Shown: one piece after another, positions 19,618-28,563 of the stretch
Layout: each line of letters opens with the position of its first letter
Position numbering within the stretch: position 1 is the first letter of the stretch
DNA from: Candidatus Ozemobacteraceae bacterium
Lineage (GTDB): Bacteria; Muiribacteriota; Ozemobacteria; Ozemobacterales; Ozemobacteraceae
Assembly: GCA_965140445.1 (NCBI GenBank)
Contig: OZ223236.1
Coordinates: 1,184,001-1,248,000, forward strand
Length of the DNA stretch: 64,000 bases
Reading direction: 5' to 3'
The notes under the pieces: generated by a model
What the model was told of the DNA's origin: nothing
The model's database searches: none
The model's input: only the letters and a program-made list of their open reading frames with translations
Position numbers and translations under genes: made by a program

Positions 19618-20439
19618 TCAGTTTTTGAATTTTTTTATTTTGGCTAAAATTGTTCTGACTATTTTAAAGCCAACCAGACTTGAAATGAAACCAAAGCTAC
19701 TCATTAGTGCCATTGGCATCCAAAGTTTAAAGCTAAATTGCTTATCTAGGTCTGTGTAAAGCGTGAATTCTTGTGGTTTTGGGGGGATCAGATCGCCGTT
19801 TTCAAATTCAATTACTGCAAGAGTCTGATCATCACCATCATAGTTTGATCTAACTGTGCGCAAATACCTTTTAAAAGTGTCTTGATCTGATCCTGTTGGG
19901 GGGATATTGCGCAAAAAAGCCTTACGGTTAGTTCCCAGAACTATTCCCTCTGAACCAATTATCAGGCGACTACCAATTTCAATTTTGCCTGCCGAGTAGA
20001 AAGTTACTGATGAATCGCAACTTCTTAATTTATGCGGACCGGAAATTCGATCGTTTTCCCAGAATGCTGAAATTGTGCTGCCCTCATTTTGAATTGCAGC
20101 GTAAGCGTTACCTGTAGAAATTCCAGAAATTAGATTGCCAATTGCCCAGAATGCACATATTTCAACTCCGGAACCTGAGTATTTTTGCTCATCCTTTAAC
20201 TTTTGAATTGATCTATCAAGGGCATCTTTGAGGCATTGGCAGGCATAATCCGGTTCAATATTTCCTACATACTCACGAATGATTTGATTCATCATCTGGC
20301 ATATGGTTTTAGCAAGAGCTAGACCTTCAGTGCCTTTTCCATCTGCTAAAATGAAAAGACGCAAACCAGGATTACTGTAAAAGTAGTCCTGGTTTTTATC
20401 TCTTATGGTGCCTGTTTCTGATAGGGCAAATGATTTCAC
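19618..20439 (-). CDS. PP2C/PrpC-like Ser/Thr phosphatase-fold protein with C-terminal TM helix, divergent
   Basis: SETGTIRDKNQD, LFILADGKG, IGSEGI (usually SDG), GDDQT; hydrophobic C-terminal segment. Confidence 0.7.
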   Translation of the reverse strand: MKSFALSETGTIRDKNQDYFYSNPGLRLFILADGKGTEGLALAKTICQMMNQIIREYVGNIEPDYACQCLKDALDRSIQKLKDEQKYSGSGVEICAFWAIGNLISGISTGNAYAAIQNEGSTISAFWENDRISGPHKLRSCDSSVTFYSAGKIEIGSRLIIGSEGIVLGTNRKAFLRNIPPTGSDQDTFKRYLRTVRSNYDGDDQTLAVIEFENGDLIPPKPQEFTLYTDLDKQFSFKLWMPMALMSSFGFISSLVGFKIVRTILAKIKKFKN

Positions 20440-20441
20440 TA

Positions 20442-23400
20442 TTAGATTCCCGCTGGAGCCTTATGATCTAATAGTCTTTTGTGAGCATTTATGAGCTGCT
20501 GAAGTTTTTCTACTACATCAAGTAGACCTTTTGAGCGTAATCCGGGGATAAGTCCTTCAGCAAAACTCAGTTTGACTTTTGGGTGAGACGGTTCAACGTA
20601 GCCAACCCCACGATCATCGCCAAGAACCCAATAGGTTAGTCTATCGCAATATGGTACCCAATGAGCAAAGTCTCCGAAGTCTGAATAAGCATTCAAGCGC
20701 GGAATCACTATTTGAGGCACATATTCCACCTGGTTCGCAGCATTGATGTAGATGCGCTCATTTTCTGGAACAATAGGGGCTATTTTCAGATTTGGCAAAG
20801 TAACTTTAAATCTGGCTTTTCCAAAGTGATTCAAAGCTATTTTTTCGCCAAGCGCAGTCCATTTCGAACCTATGTCACGTAGTTCCTGGGAGTAGGTAAA
20901 CAAAGCTTTCTGGAATATTTCATTCGTTTTCAACTCTGGCATTGCATTTTCAAGTGCCATAAAGTGAGAATGGTTAAACAATACGCCAAGCATGAATCCC
21001 AAGCCGTTATTTAAGAAATGACGTCGGGTAAGCTGAGTGGCGGCCTTGCTTCGATCAAGCTGGAGCCTGTCTGAAATTAGCCATTCTGTAGCTTGTCTGG
21101 CTGTTTCCAAGGCTTCACTTGAATTCCAGAGTTCAGATTGTTCGCTGAATTCCCATGGTTTGAATCTTTCTGGATAAGCGTTTTCAATTACCTGGTAGAG
21201 ATTTTGATTGAAGAGATCGAGTAGCTTCGAAAGACCATTTAAGTGAAATTCTCTTATTGAAATTCGCTTTGGCACTTCCTCAATTGGTAGTCCAAGTCTT
21301 TCTTCGACAAGCCATTTGGTTGCCGCCTTTGCTGTTTCAAATCTATCTTCATGGAACCATATCAATGGCTCTTCTTCAACGAACTGCCATTGCTTGAAAA
21401 CATCTGGATAAACAATGTTAACCAGCTTAAATGCCGAATCATCAAAGTGCGAAAGCAACTCATAAAGATTGTTATCTTTGAAAACTTGCCTGTTGAGTAG
21501 ATTTGGTAAATCGCCTCTGCTACAACCAAGTCGTTCTGACATCAGCCACTCGAGAGCATCTCTTGCGCAGAAAGCTAACTCATTTTTTTCAAGCCACTTT
21601 TCTGTTTCCCCAAATTGCCATGCTCTGAATTTTCCTGGAAGTACTAGTTCCACCATGTTAAACAGGCTCTGGTCAGCCCACATGTAAACTTGCTCAAGTC
21701 CAGCGTTTCTTACGAAGTCTTCATTGAAATTATCTGGAATATCGTCTGCTTTTTTTATTCTATTTTTCAGGCGTTCGAGAGCAAGTCTGACAGAGGCTTT
21801 AGCCCATAGCTCAGCAGCTGCTTCATCCTGGAAGATAAAGGCTGGAATTTCACCATTTTTATCCAGAATGGTTTCGATTATGTTCTTAATATCGTCATCT
21901 TCCAGCTCCTCAGGGCAGGCGCCGTAATAAGCCTGGAATCCTTCTTTGGTGCGCTCAAAACCTTTCATCTGCATTAGCTCTTTTATCTGCAGAGAAGGCA
22001 GATGCAATCTTTCGCCAAGCTTTTCGTCAGAAAAGAACAGGTATTCGCGCTCAAGATTAGAGATGATTGTTCTGATTACCGGGTCGTTCAAATCCAGGCC
22101 GTTGTTTCTGTTTTGTTGCGGCTGAGGCTGTGTGGGAGCTGGTTGAGAAGAAGTGCCCTCAATTCCTTGCGGAACAGATCCAGGTGCTGCTGCTACCTGC
22201 TGAATGACTGGCATGATCATATTATTTGAGTTAAAAAGGCCGCTGAGTGGAACTCTTTTTTCTTCGTCATCTGAAGGTGTTACATACAGAACTTCTTCAA
22301 GTGTGGACTCTCCTGCAAAAGCTCTTTCAATTGCCATTTCTCTGAGTGTTCTCATGCCTTCAAGTCTGGCAACTCTTTTAATAGCAGTTTCTGTGCCGCC
22401 CTCAATAACAACGTCCTTTAATGAGCCGCTCATTACAAGAGTTTCGTAGACGCCAATTCGGCCAAAAGTTCCGGTTTGGTTGCATTCTTTACAGCCAACC
22501 CCATGATAGAATTTTGTGCCTATCATCTTTGATGGCGGCAGTTTAAGTCTCTGGAATACGCTTTGAGCAGGTCTATATTCCTCTTTACATGCGGGGCAGA
22601 TTCTATGCAGAAGCTTTTGCGCCACAACTGCCCTCATGGCGGCGGTTACAAGATAAGCTGGAACACCCATGTTTATAAGGCGGTTGATACTGGCTGAGGC
22701 GTTGTTCGTATGAAGTGTTGAAAGAACCTTATGACCAGTTAGAGATGCTCTAAAAGCAATCTCTGCGGTTTCAAGATCGCGAACCTCACCAACCAGAATG
22801 ATGTCTGGATCTTGACGCAATGCCGATCTTAGTCCGCTGGTAAAGTCCAGTCCGATTTTATCGTTGATTTGAACCTGGGTAATGCCATTGATTCGATATT
22901 CAACCGGATTTTCAATGGTGAAAATATTAATTTCGCTGCTGTTGAAGTATTTGAGCATCCCAAACAGGGTAGTGGTTTTACCAGCTCCTGTTGGTCCTGT
23001 TACCAGAACCAGTCCATAAGGTTCGTCAAGAGCAGCTTTTAATCTACTTAAATCATCCGGCATGAATCCAAGATTATCCAGATCATATTTTGCTTCACGC
23101 TGGAGTAAGCGGAGAACGGCTTTTTCACCTAAAAGGCTCGGAACAGTGCTGACACGGAAATCAACTTCCGTTTCCTGCATTCTTACCTTCAAACGACCAT
23201 CCTGAGGGAGTCGGCGTTCAGCAATGTCAAGATGAGCAAGAATCTTTATGCGGCTGATAAGAGGGCTCAACAAGCTTCTTGGGCCAGTCATTGCATCATG
23301 CAAAATTCCATCAACCCTGAATCTAATCAAGAGAATGTCTTCTCTTGGCTCAACGTGAATATCGGAAGCTCTTTTCAGAATCGCCTGTTTAAAAATGGCA

Positions 23401-23957
23401 TTCAAAAATTGAACTACTGCGCCCTGCTCAGAAGTCTTTCGGACTATTTCAACTCCAGCATCTGGCGCGTCTGTTGTACTGAGTAAATTTTCTTCTCCAC
23501 CTACCGAGAACTCTTCCCAGGAATATAATTGCCTTACCGCAAGTTCGATCTGGTTTTTGGGAGCAATCATGACCTCAAGTTTGCATTGAGTCAAAAAAGC
23601 GACCATATCGGTTGCCATAATGTCAAAAGGATCGGCCATTACAACAGTTAGTTTGTTTCCCTCTTTTTTGTAAGGGATCATCTTGTATTGCTTGGCCTGA
23701 TATTCTGGGATAAAAGAGAGGATCTTGGCGTCAACCTTAATGTTTGTTAAATCTACGACCTGGACTCCTAAAAATTCTGACCATAGTTCAAGCACCTGCT
23801 TTTCGGAGACAAAACCAAGGCGAATCATTATGCTCTCAAGTTTTTCGAGAGTTTGAGCCTGTATATTTTTGGCTTTTTCCAATTGGTCTTCAGATAAAAG
23901 ACCTTTTTCAACCATCAGGCCTTCAACTGTTTGCTTTGTACTTTGAATGTTGTTCAT
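20442..23957 (-). CDS. GspE/PilB-family secretion/pilus assembly ATPase with ~550-aa C-terminal extension containing DUF4046-like repeats
   Basis: MshEN-like N-terminus; ASDIHVEP; DIAERRLPQDGR; Walker A GPTGAGKTTT; LRQDPDIILVGEVRD; TGHKVLSTLH; CPAC/CKEC; repeated WL..E.L...P..F..W.F units. Confidence 0.9.
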   Translation of the reverse strand: MNNIQSTKQTVEGLMVEKGLLSEDQLEKAKNIQAQTLEKLESIMIRLGFVSEKQVLELWSEFLGVQVVDLTNIKVDAKILSFIPEYQAKQYKMIPYKKEGNKLTVVMADPFDIMATDMVAFLTQCKLEVMIAPKNQIELAVRQLYSWEEFSVGGEENLLSTTDAPDAGVEIVRKTSEQGAVVQFLNAIFKQAILKRASDIHVEPREDILLIRFRVDGILHDAMTGPRSLLSPLISRIKILAHLDIAERRLPQDGRLKVRMQETEVDFRVSTVPSLLGEKAVLRLLQREAKYDLDNLGFMPDDLSRLKAALDEPYGLVLVTGPTGAGKTTTLFGMLKYFNSSEINIFTIENPVEYRINGITQVQINDKIGLDFTSGLRSALRQDPDIILVGEVRDLETAEIAFRASLTGHKVLSTLHTNNASASINRLINMGVPAYLVTAAMRAVVAQKLLHRICPACKEEYRPAQSVFQRLKLPPSKMIGTKFYHGVGCKECNQTGTFGRIGVYETLVMSGSLKDVVIEGGTETAIKRVARLEGMRTLREMAIERAFAGESTLEEVLYVTPSDDEEKRVPLSGLFNSNNMIMPVIQQVAAAPGSVPQGIEGTSSQPAPTQPQPQQNRNNGLDLNDPVIRTIISNLEREYLFFSDEKLGERLHLPSLQIKELMQMKGFERTKEGFQAYYGACPEELEDDDIKNIIETILDKNGEIPAFIFQDEAAAELWAKASVRLALERLKNRIKKADDIPDNFNEDFVRNAGLEQVYMWADQSLFNMVELVLPGKFRAWQFGETEKWLEKNELAFCARDALEWLMSERLGCSRGDLPNLLNRQVFKDNNLYELLSHFDDSAFKLVNIVYPDVFKQWQFVEEEPLIWFHEDRFETAKAATKWLVEERLGLPIEEVPKRISIREFHLNGLSKLLDLFNQNLYQVIENAYPERFKPWEFSEQSELWNSSEALETARQATEWLISDRLQLDRSKAATQLTRRHFLNNGLGFMLGVLFNHSHFMALENAMPELKTNEIFQKALFTYSQELRDIGSKWTALGEKIALNHFGKARFKVTLPNLKIAPIVPENERIYINAANQVEYVPQIVIPRLNAYSDFGDFAHWVPYCDRLTYWVLGDDRGVGYVEPSHPKVKLSFAEGLIPGLRSKGLLDVVEKLQQLINAHKRLLDHKAPAGI

Positions 23958-23980
23958 CTAGACCTCCGGGAATTTAACCT

Positions 23981-24730
23981 TTATTTTACTTCTATTCTGT
24001 ATGATCGGCGCTCGATTGAGTCCTCTCGTGATTTAGAAATCAGGCAGGCATAGAGATTAATCCGAACGTGCCCACGCCTCTTTGCCATGAAAGTTACTAC
24101 GACTTTATCATCTACGCGATACGTCTTGTTGATAGCAACACGATTGTCATTGTTTATGTAATCCAAATTCCAGATGAGCTCTTTGTTATCGCTATATCTG
24201 GGCAACTCAATTTCGAATAACTGACCTATCCGGGTTGAAATTATTTCTTCTTTTTTTACTTCGGGGGGCAATAGCCTTATTGAGCGGGAATTTGTTACCA
24301 GATGGCGGGGACTGACCATAACCATACCCTGGATCGTATATATGCCCTGAGGAAGGGGGCGACCAAGCCTGTCTATTGTTTCCCAGCTCATAGCCTCCGA
24401 CATGGTTTCGCCAGCTCTGAGTGGGATTGAATGATTCGCTTCACTCCAGAACAAGCCTTGAGACCATCTATAAATCTGCAGGCCTTTTGTGAAAACTGCA
24501 TAGTCCCAATGTTGGCCACTCGGAAAATTTATTCCAAGAGTTTTGTCGGTTTTATTTCTGATTGAAATTGTAAATGTTGCAACCTCGCCCGCCTTTACTT
24601 CCGGGCGTTCCAATGTAAGTTTTATTTCAACATCAGAAGGATTGATATATTCCCATTTTCTCCAGGCTGAAACTGGACTGACAGAAATAATCAGCATGAC
24701 GTACATTAAAAAGATTAGTCTGTTTCTCAT
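23981..24730 (-). CDS. Secreted BsuPI-like proteinase-inhibitor domain protein with a possible chagasin-like C-terminal domain
   Basis: Signal peptide MRNRLIFL...SA; FPSGQHWDYAV..IYRWSQG (BsuPI-like); GQLFEIELP..W..VTFMAKRRG (I42-like, tentative). Confidence 0.65.
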   Translation of the reverse strand: MRNRLIFLMYVMLIISVSPVSAWRKWEYINPSDVEIKLTLERPEVKAGEVATFTISIRNKTDKTLGINFPSGQHWDYAVFTKGLQIYRWSQGLFWSEANHSIPLRAGETMSEAMSWETIDRLGRPLPQGIYTIQGMVMVSPRHLVTNSRSIRLLPPEVKKEEIISTRIGQLFEIELPRYSDNKELIWNLDYINNDNRVAINKTYRVDDKVVVTFMAKRRGHVRINLYACLISKSREDSIERRSYRIEVK

Positions 24731-24774
24731 AGGAAAATAATACACTACCAATCCCAAAAGTTAAAACCTTAGTT

Positions 24775-25677
24775 TCAGAGTTTTTCATTAAAGTTGTTTA
24801 AAGAGTAGCTTGCAGCTTTCTCGTGCGACCTGGTTGCGTAGCAATATAAACATCCGTGTTTACAGGTGTCATATGCTCCGATATCTACGCTTTTTAAACA
24901 TTGACATGATGGACGTTGTCCTTTGTGTCTTTGTCCTTCATAGTTTTTTTCAATTATCTGGCTGACAAAATCCTTGTTTATGCATCCATTTTTGATAATC
25001 CTGGTTTTCTCAAATAGATCAGATTCCTCACAGCAAGATTCCAGGATAATTCCGTTGTTCTCTGCTATTTTCTGCATTTCGATCAGAAATTCTGCAGTAT
25101 TTTGGTTGGCTTCCGGTTCTGGTTTGAATTGCCATCCTGATTTTTCCAGATTTCGTAAGTTTTTGCTGGTTTTGCGATAAAAATCTGCAAAGCTGGTAAT
25201 GCACCTGTTTGTTAGCCCGGAAAGCTTTTCAGCAATCATGGAAAAATTGGAAAGATGCCAGTTCATGTCTGTTTTGTTGCTGATTATTATGGGGTCATAG
25301 CGCCAGACTATTTTTTCTTCTCCCAGAAGCTTATTAAGCCTGAAAATTCCCGAAATAACATCGGAGTAATCAGGATTGTTGATTTCCAGTTCAGCCGGGT
25401 AATTATTCAAGGTTACGAAAAAGCCTGCTTTATAACCAAGAGCAAGGATATTTTCTAGATTATGCAAGAAAGGATTAGGGTTTCGGGTCCAGAATATAAA
25501 GGCTGTAACATCTTCTAATAAAAGGGAGACATGGGATTCCTGATGGTAATTAAAGGGGTTTTTGACTTTGCAAAAACCTTCTTTTATTCTGTGCAAAAGC
25601 CAGTCTCCATAAAAGGCCGGAATGTCTGTTCGCCTTGAAGCACTTATAATATTCTTTTTTTTCTTTCCAGGATGCAT
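24775..25677 (-). CDS. DUF1848 family protein (radical-SAM/SPL-related)
   Basis: IISASRRTDIPAFY, FWTRNP, WRYDPII, DIGAYDTCKHGCLYCYA. Confidence 0.9.
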   Translation of the reverse strand: MHPGKKKKNIISASRRTDIPAFYGDWLLHRIKEGFCKVKNPFNYHQESHVSLLLEDVTAFIFWTRNPNPFLHNLENILALGYKAGFFVTLNNYPAELEINNPDYSDVISGIFRLNKLLGEEKIVWRYDPIIISNKTDMNWHLSNFSMIAEKLSGLTNRCITSFADFYRKTSKNLRNLEKSGWQFKPEPEANQNTAEFLIEMQKIAENNGIILESCCEESDLFEKTRIIKNGCINKDFVSQIIEKNYEGQRHKGQRPSCQCLKSVDIGAYDTCKHGCLYCYATRSHEKAASYSLNNFNEKL

Positions 25678-25735
25678 GCTTATCTCTATATTAGTTATCT
25701 GATTTTATTCTAACATTCCTGACGAAAGAAATTTT

Positions 25736-26641
25736 ATGAAAAACGCAAAAGTTGTGGGTCTAGGGCAATGCACAATGGACATAATTTGTCCGGTGGATAG
25801 TTGGCCAGAAAACGATCAGAAGTATGAAACGGAAAGTTTTCTTTACCAGGGCGGCGGCCCCGTTGCTACAGCTTTAGTTGCTTTGCAGCGTCTTGGGGTT
25901 CAAACTTCATTTATTGGCAGGGTGGGGGACGATTCCACAGGGGAAAGCATTAGAAAAGGTCTGGAACAGGAATCTATCGATTGCTCCTCTCTTAAAACTA
26001 TTGCCGGGACGACTTCGCCAACAGCTTTTATTATAGCCAATTCTTCAAATGGACACCGTACCATTTTATGGAATAAAGGAACTTCATTTCCCATCTCACC
26101 AGATGAGGTTACCGAAAAATCTTTGGTTGGGGCTGATTTACTACATCTGGATGGCTTGCATATTGAGGCTTCTATACGTGCCGCAGAAATCGCACAAAAA
26201 ATCGGAGTGCCGGTAATGCTTGACACAGGGACCTGGAGAGAGCAGACTGTTCAACTTTTTAAACTGGTTGATTATCTCATTGTTGGTGAGCCGTTAGCAA
26301 AAACAATTTCTTCTGACATGGGGATGGCTTTATTTGAACTGGCAAAACACGGGAGCAAACTGGTTGGAATTACTCTTGGCGATCGAGGCAGCGTATTTCT
26401 TAAAAATAATAAACCCGTTTATTTCCCTGCTTTTAAGGTTAAAGCTGTTGATACAACTGGCTGTGGAGATACTTTTCACGCTGGAATGATTTATGGCATT
26501 CTCCAGAATTGGCCTTTGTCGGATCAGGTTCGTTTCGCATCCGCTGTGGCAGCAATGAAGAGCACTAAATTAGGCGGAAGAACAGCTCTTCCAAGAATGT
26601 CAGAAGTTGTTAGATTTCTGGCACAAAACAGTTTTAGATAG
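25736..26641 (+). CDS. PfkB family carbohydrate kinase
   Basis: GGGPVATA..LG..GRVGDD.G and VDTTGCGDTFHAG signatures. Confidence 0.92.
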   Translation: MKNAKVVGLGQCTMDIICPVDSWPENDQKYETESFLYQGGGPVATALVALQRLGVQTSFIGRVGDDSTGESIRKGLEQESIDCSSLKTIAGTTSPTAFIIANSSNGHRTILWNKGTSFPISPDEVTEKSLVGADLLHLDGLHIEASIRAAEIAQKIGVPVMLDTGTWREQTVQLFKLVDYLIVGEPLAKTISSDMGMALFELAKHGSKLVGITLGDRGSVFLKNNKPVYFPAFKVKAVDTTGCGDTFHAGMIYGILQNWPLSDQVRFASAVAAMKSTKLGGRTALPRMSEVVRFLAQNSFR

Positions 26642-26856
26642 TATTGTCCTGGTGGCTGATTTCAAAAATACTTTGCATTTGTGAAATACGGGTTATTCTT
26701 GTCTAATCTCTTTTTAACAGCAGGTTATGGCACAAAAAATACCTTTAAATAACGCTTCCAGGCAATTGACACCTTTGCGATTGGTTCTTATAATTGGGAA
26801 AAGATGTACAGCCTTAAGCCCAAAAAGCGTCTTATTAAAAGCGCGGAGGTAGAAAA

Positions 26857-28437
26857 ATGATTCGAATATCAAGGAAGCTGATAGACAGAATTTCGATTCT
26901 GACAATAGTAATGTTCCTATTGTCGACTTTCAGCGTATATGCGCAAACTCCACAGGTAACAATTCCTGTTAATACAACTCAGCCAATAGATGTTTCAATC
27001 TTGAATAACGTTATTCCTGAGTTGAATACCTGGCAAAGTAATCTAAGAACTGCCCAGAGCACTATTAAGACGCTTGAAAAAGTAGCAACTCCGATTTACA
27101 ACAACGTTGCTCCTTCCGGCATGGAAGCTATGACCGTAGGAGAAAGAATTAAAGGTATTCTTAGCAATGCTAAAACTCTTCTTGGTTCTACCTTAAAAAG
27201 CTCCAGTGCCGCAGCCAAAACAAACATGGATGCAGGAACGTCCCTTTCTAACCTTCCTGTAGATCAGCAGCTTGCCTATAGTGTTGAGCAGTTGGGTGTT
27301 CAGGCTGCCAAAATCCAGACTTCCGGCAAAACAGCTGGAATGATGGGCAAGCTTAAGAGCATTCTTGATGTTATCAAAACAAGACTTAACTCAATTGTTA
27401 GTCTTATTAGAGCTAAAATCTTTGCGGTTGGCCAGAGAGTTGGTCTTATCAGCAAAGACAAAACCTTCAAAGATGGAAAGGTGCAGGAAAATAAGGGAGT
27501 AATGAACACTGTTGAGCAGGTTCAATACGCAGACTCATTTTCTGGAAAACTTTCTAAGGGTGTAAGCGAAGGCGTTCAGAATGCAAAAAGCTCTCTTAAA
27601 AACAGCTTTTCATTCTCTAATCTTGCTGTCACAACAACTGTAGCAATCGGAACAAACATTGCTATTGATATGATTCATGGCGAGAAGCCATCATTTAAAA
27701 AAGCAGTTAAATCTGTAGCTTCTCTTGAATTTGCTGGAAACGTAGCTGGTGCAGCTCTTGGTGCAGCTGGTGGACAGTTTGCTTCAACTTTGGTTAAGAC
27801 ATTTATTCCTGGCCCGGTTGGTGCATTGGTTGGCTCTGTGATTCCTGTAATGTTTGCCTCTGCCTCAGGACAAATGGGAAGCAATCTTATTTCTGGACTT
27901 AAAAACGGAAACTTTTCTGTTTCTCAGGCCTGGAGTGCAATTGATAAAACAGATCTTGTTGGTTCTTCCATCGGTTCAACAATCGGTATGGCACTTGGTG
28001 CTCCGATCCCAATAGTTGGCCCAATCATCGGCGGTATTCTCGGTGGTATGCTCGGAAGCAAAATTGCAAAATGGGTTACAGGATTCTCCAAAGGCGGAAT
28101 TCTTAGCATGTTTAAAAAGAAGGGTTCTACACCTTCAATGCCAGTTGGTTCAAGTGTTGATGGCAGCGCTGTAAGCACTGGAAACTACACTGGTGGAACT
28201 GTTGCTAACGGAACTGGCCCAACAACTTATGGTGGAAGCAGCATCGCTGGTGTTAACTCGGCTGGTGGAGTTGCTGGTGAGCTTAAAGAAGTTGAGCAGA
28301 GATATTACGACACTTATCTCCAATACAACAGACTTGTTGAGTCTGGAGACCATGAAAAAGCTAAAGAAGTATTTTCTGATCTCAAAAAATATTCTGACGA
28401 ATATACAAATTTGAAAAAACAGATTAAAAGCAACTAG
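26857..28437 (+). CDS. Secreted protein with glycine-zipper-like hydrophobic helices
   Basis: Signal peptide; GAALGAAGG and GPIIGGILGGMLG; GGAGG RBS; terminator downstream. Confidence 0.75.
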   Translation: MIRISRKLIDRISILTIVMFLLSTFSVYAQTPQVTIPVNTTQPIDVSILNNVIPELNTWQSNLRTAQSTIKTLEKVATPIYNNVAPSGMEAMTVGERIKGILSNAKTLLGSTLKSSSAAAKTNMDAGTSLSNLPVDQQLAYSVEQLGVQAAKIQTSGKTAGMMGKLKSILDVIKTRLNSIVSLIRAKIFAVGQRVGLISKDKTFKDGKVQENKGVMNTVEQVQYADSFSGKLSKGVSEGVQNAKSSLKNSFSFSNLAVTTTVAIGTNIAIDMIHGEKPSFKKAVKSVASLEFAGNVAGAALGAAGGQFASTLVKTFIPGPVGALVGSVIPVMFASASGQMGSNLISGLKNGNFSVSQAWSAIDKTDLVGSSIGSTIGMALGAPIPIVGPIIGGILGGMLGSKIAKWVTGFSKGGILSMFKKKGSTPSMPVGSSVDGSAVSTGNYTGGTVANGTGPTTYGGSSIAGVNSAGGVAGELKEVEQRYYDTYLQYNRLVESGDHEKAKEVFSDLKKYSDEYTNLKKQIKSN

Positions 28438-28452
28438 ATAGTCTTTGTTGAG

Positions 28453-28483
28453 GGGGCTGTCCAAAAAATGGGCGGCCCCTTTT
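28453..28483 (+). terminator. Rho-independent terminator
   Basis: GGGGCTGTCCA/TGGGCGGCCCC followed by TTTT. Confidence 0.7.
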
Positions 28484-28504
28484 CTATTCCTGATTTTATT
28501 TGTC

Positions 28505-28533
28505 TTGACGGTTTCTTAAAAGAACTGTAAGAT
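28505..28533 (+). promoter_or_regulatory. sigma70-type promoter for purD
   Basis: TTGACG-N17-TAAGAT, 30 nt upstream of the GTG start. Confidence 0.55.
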
Positions 28534-28563
28534 TCTGCCCGAGTTTTCTCATGTGAGGCTATA

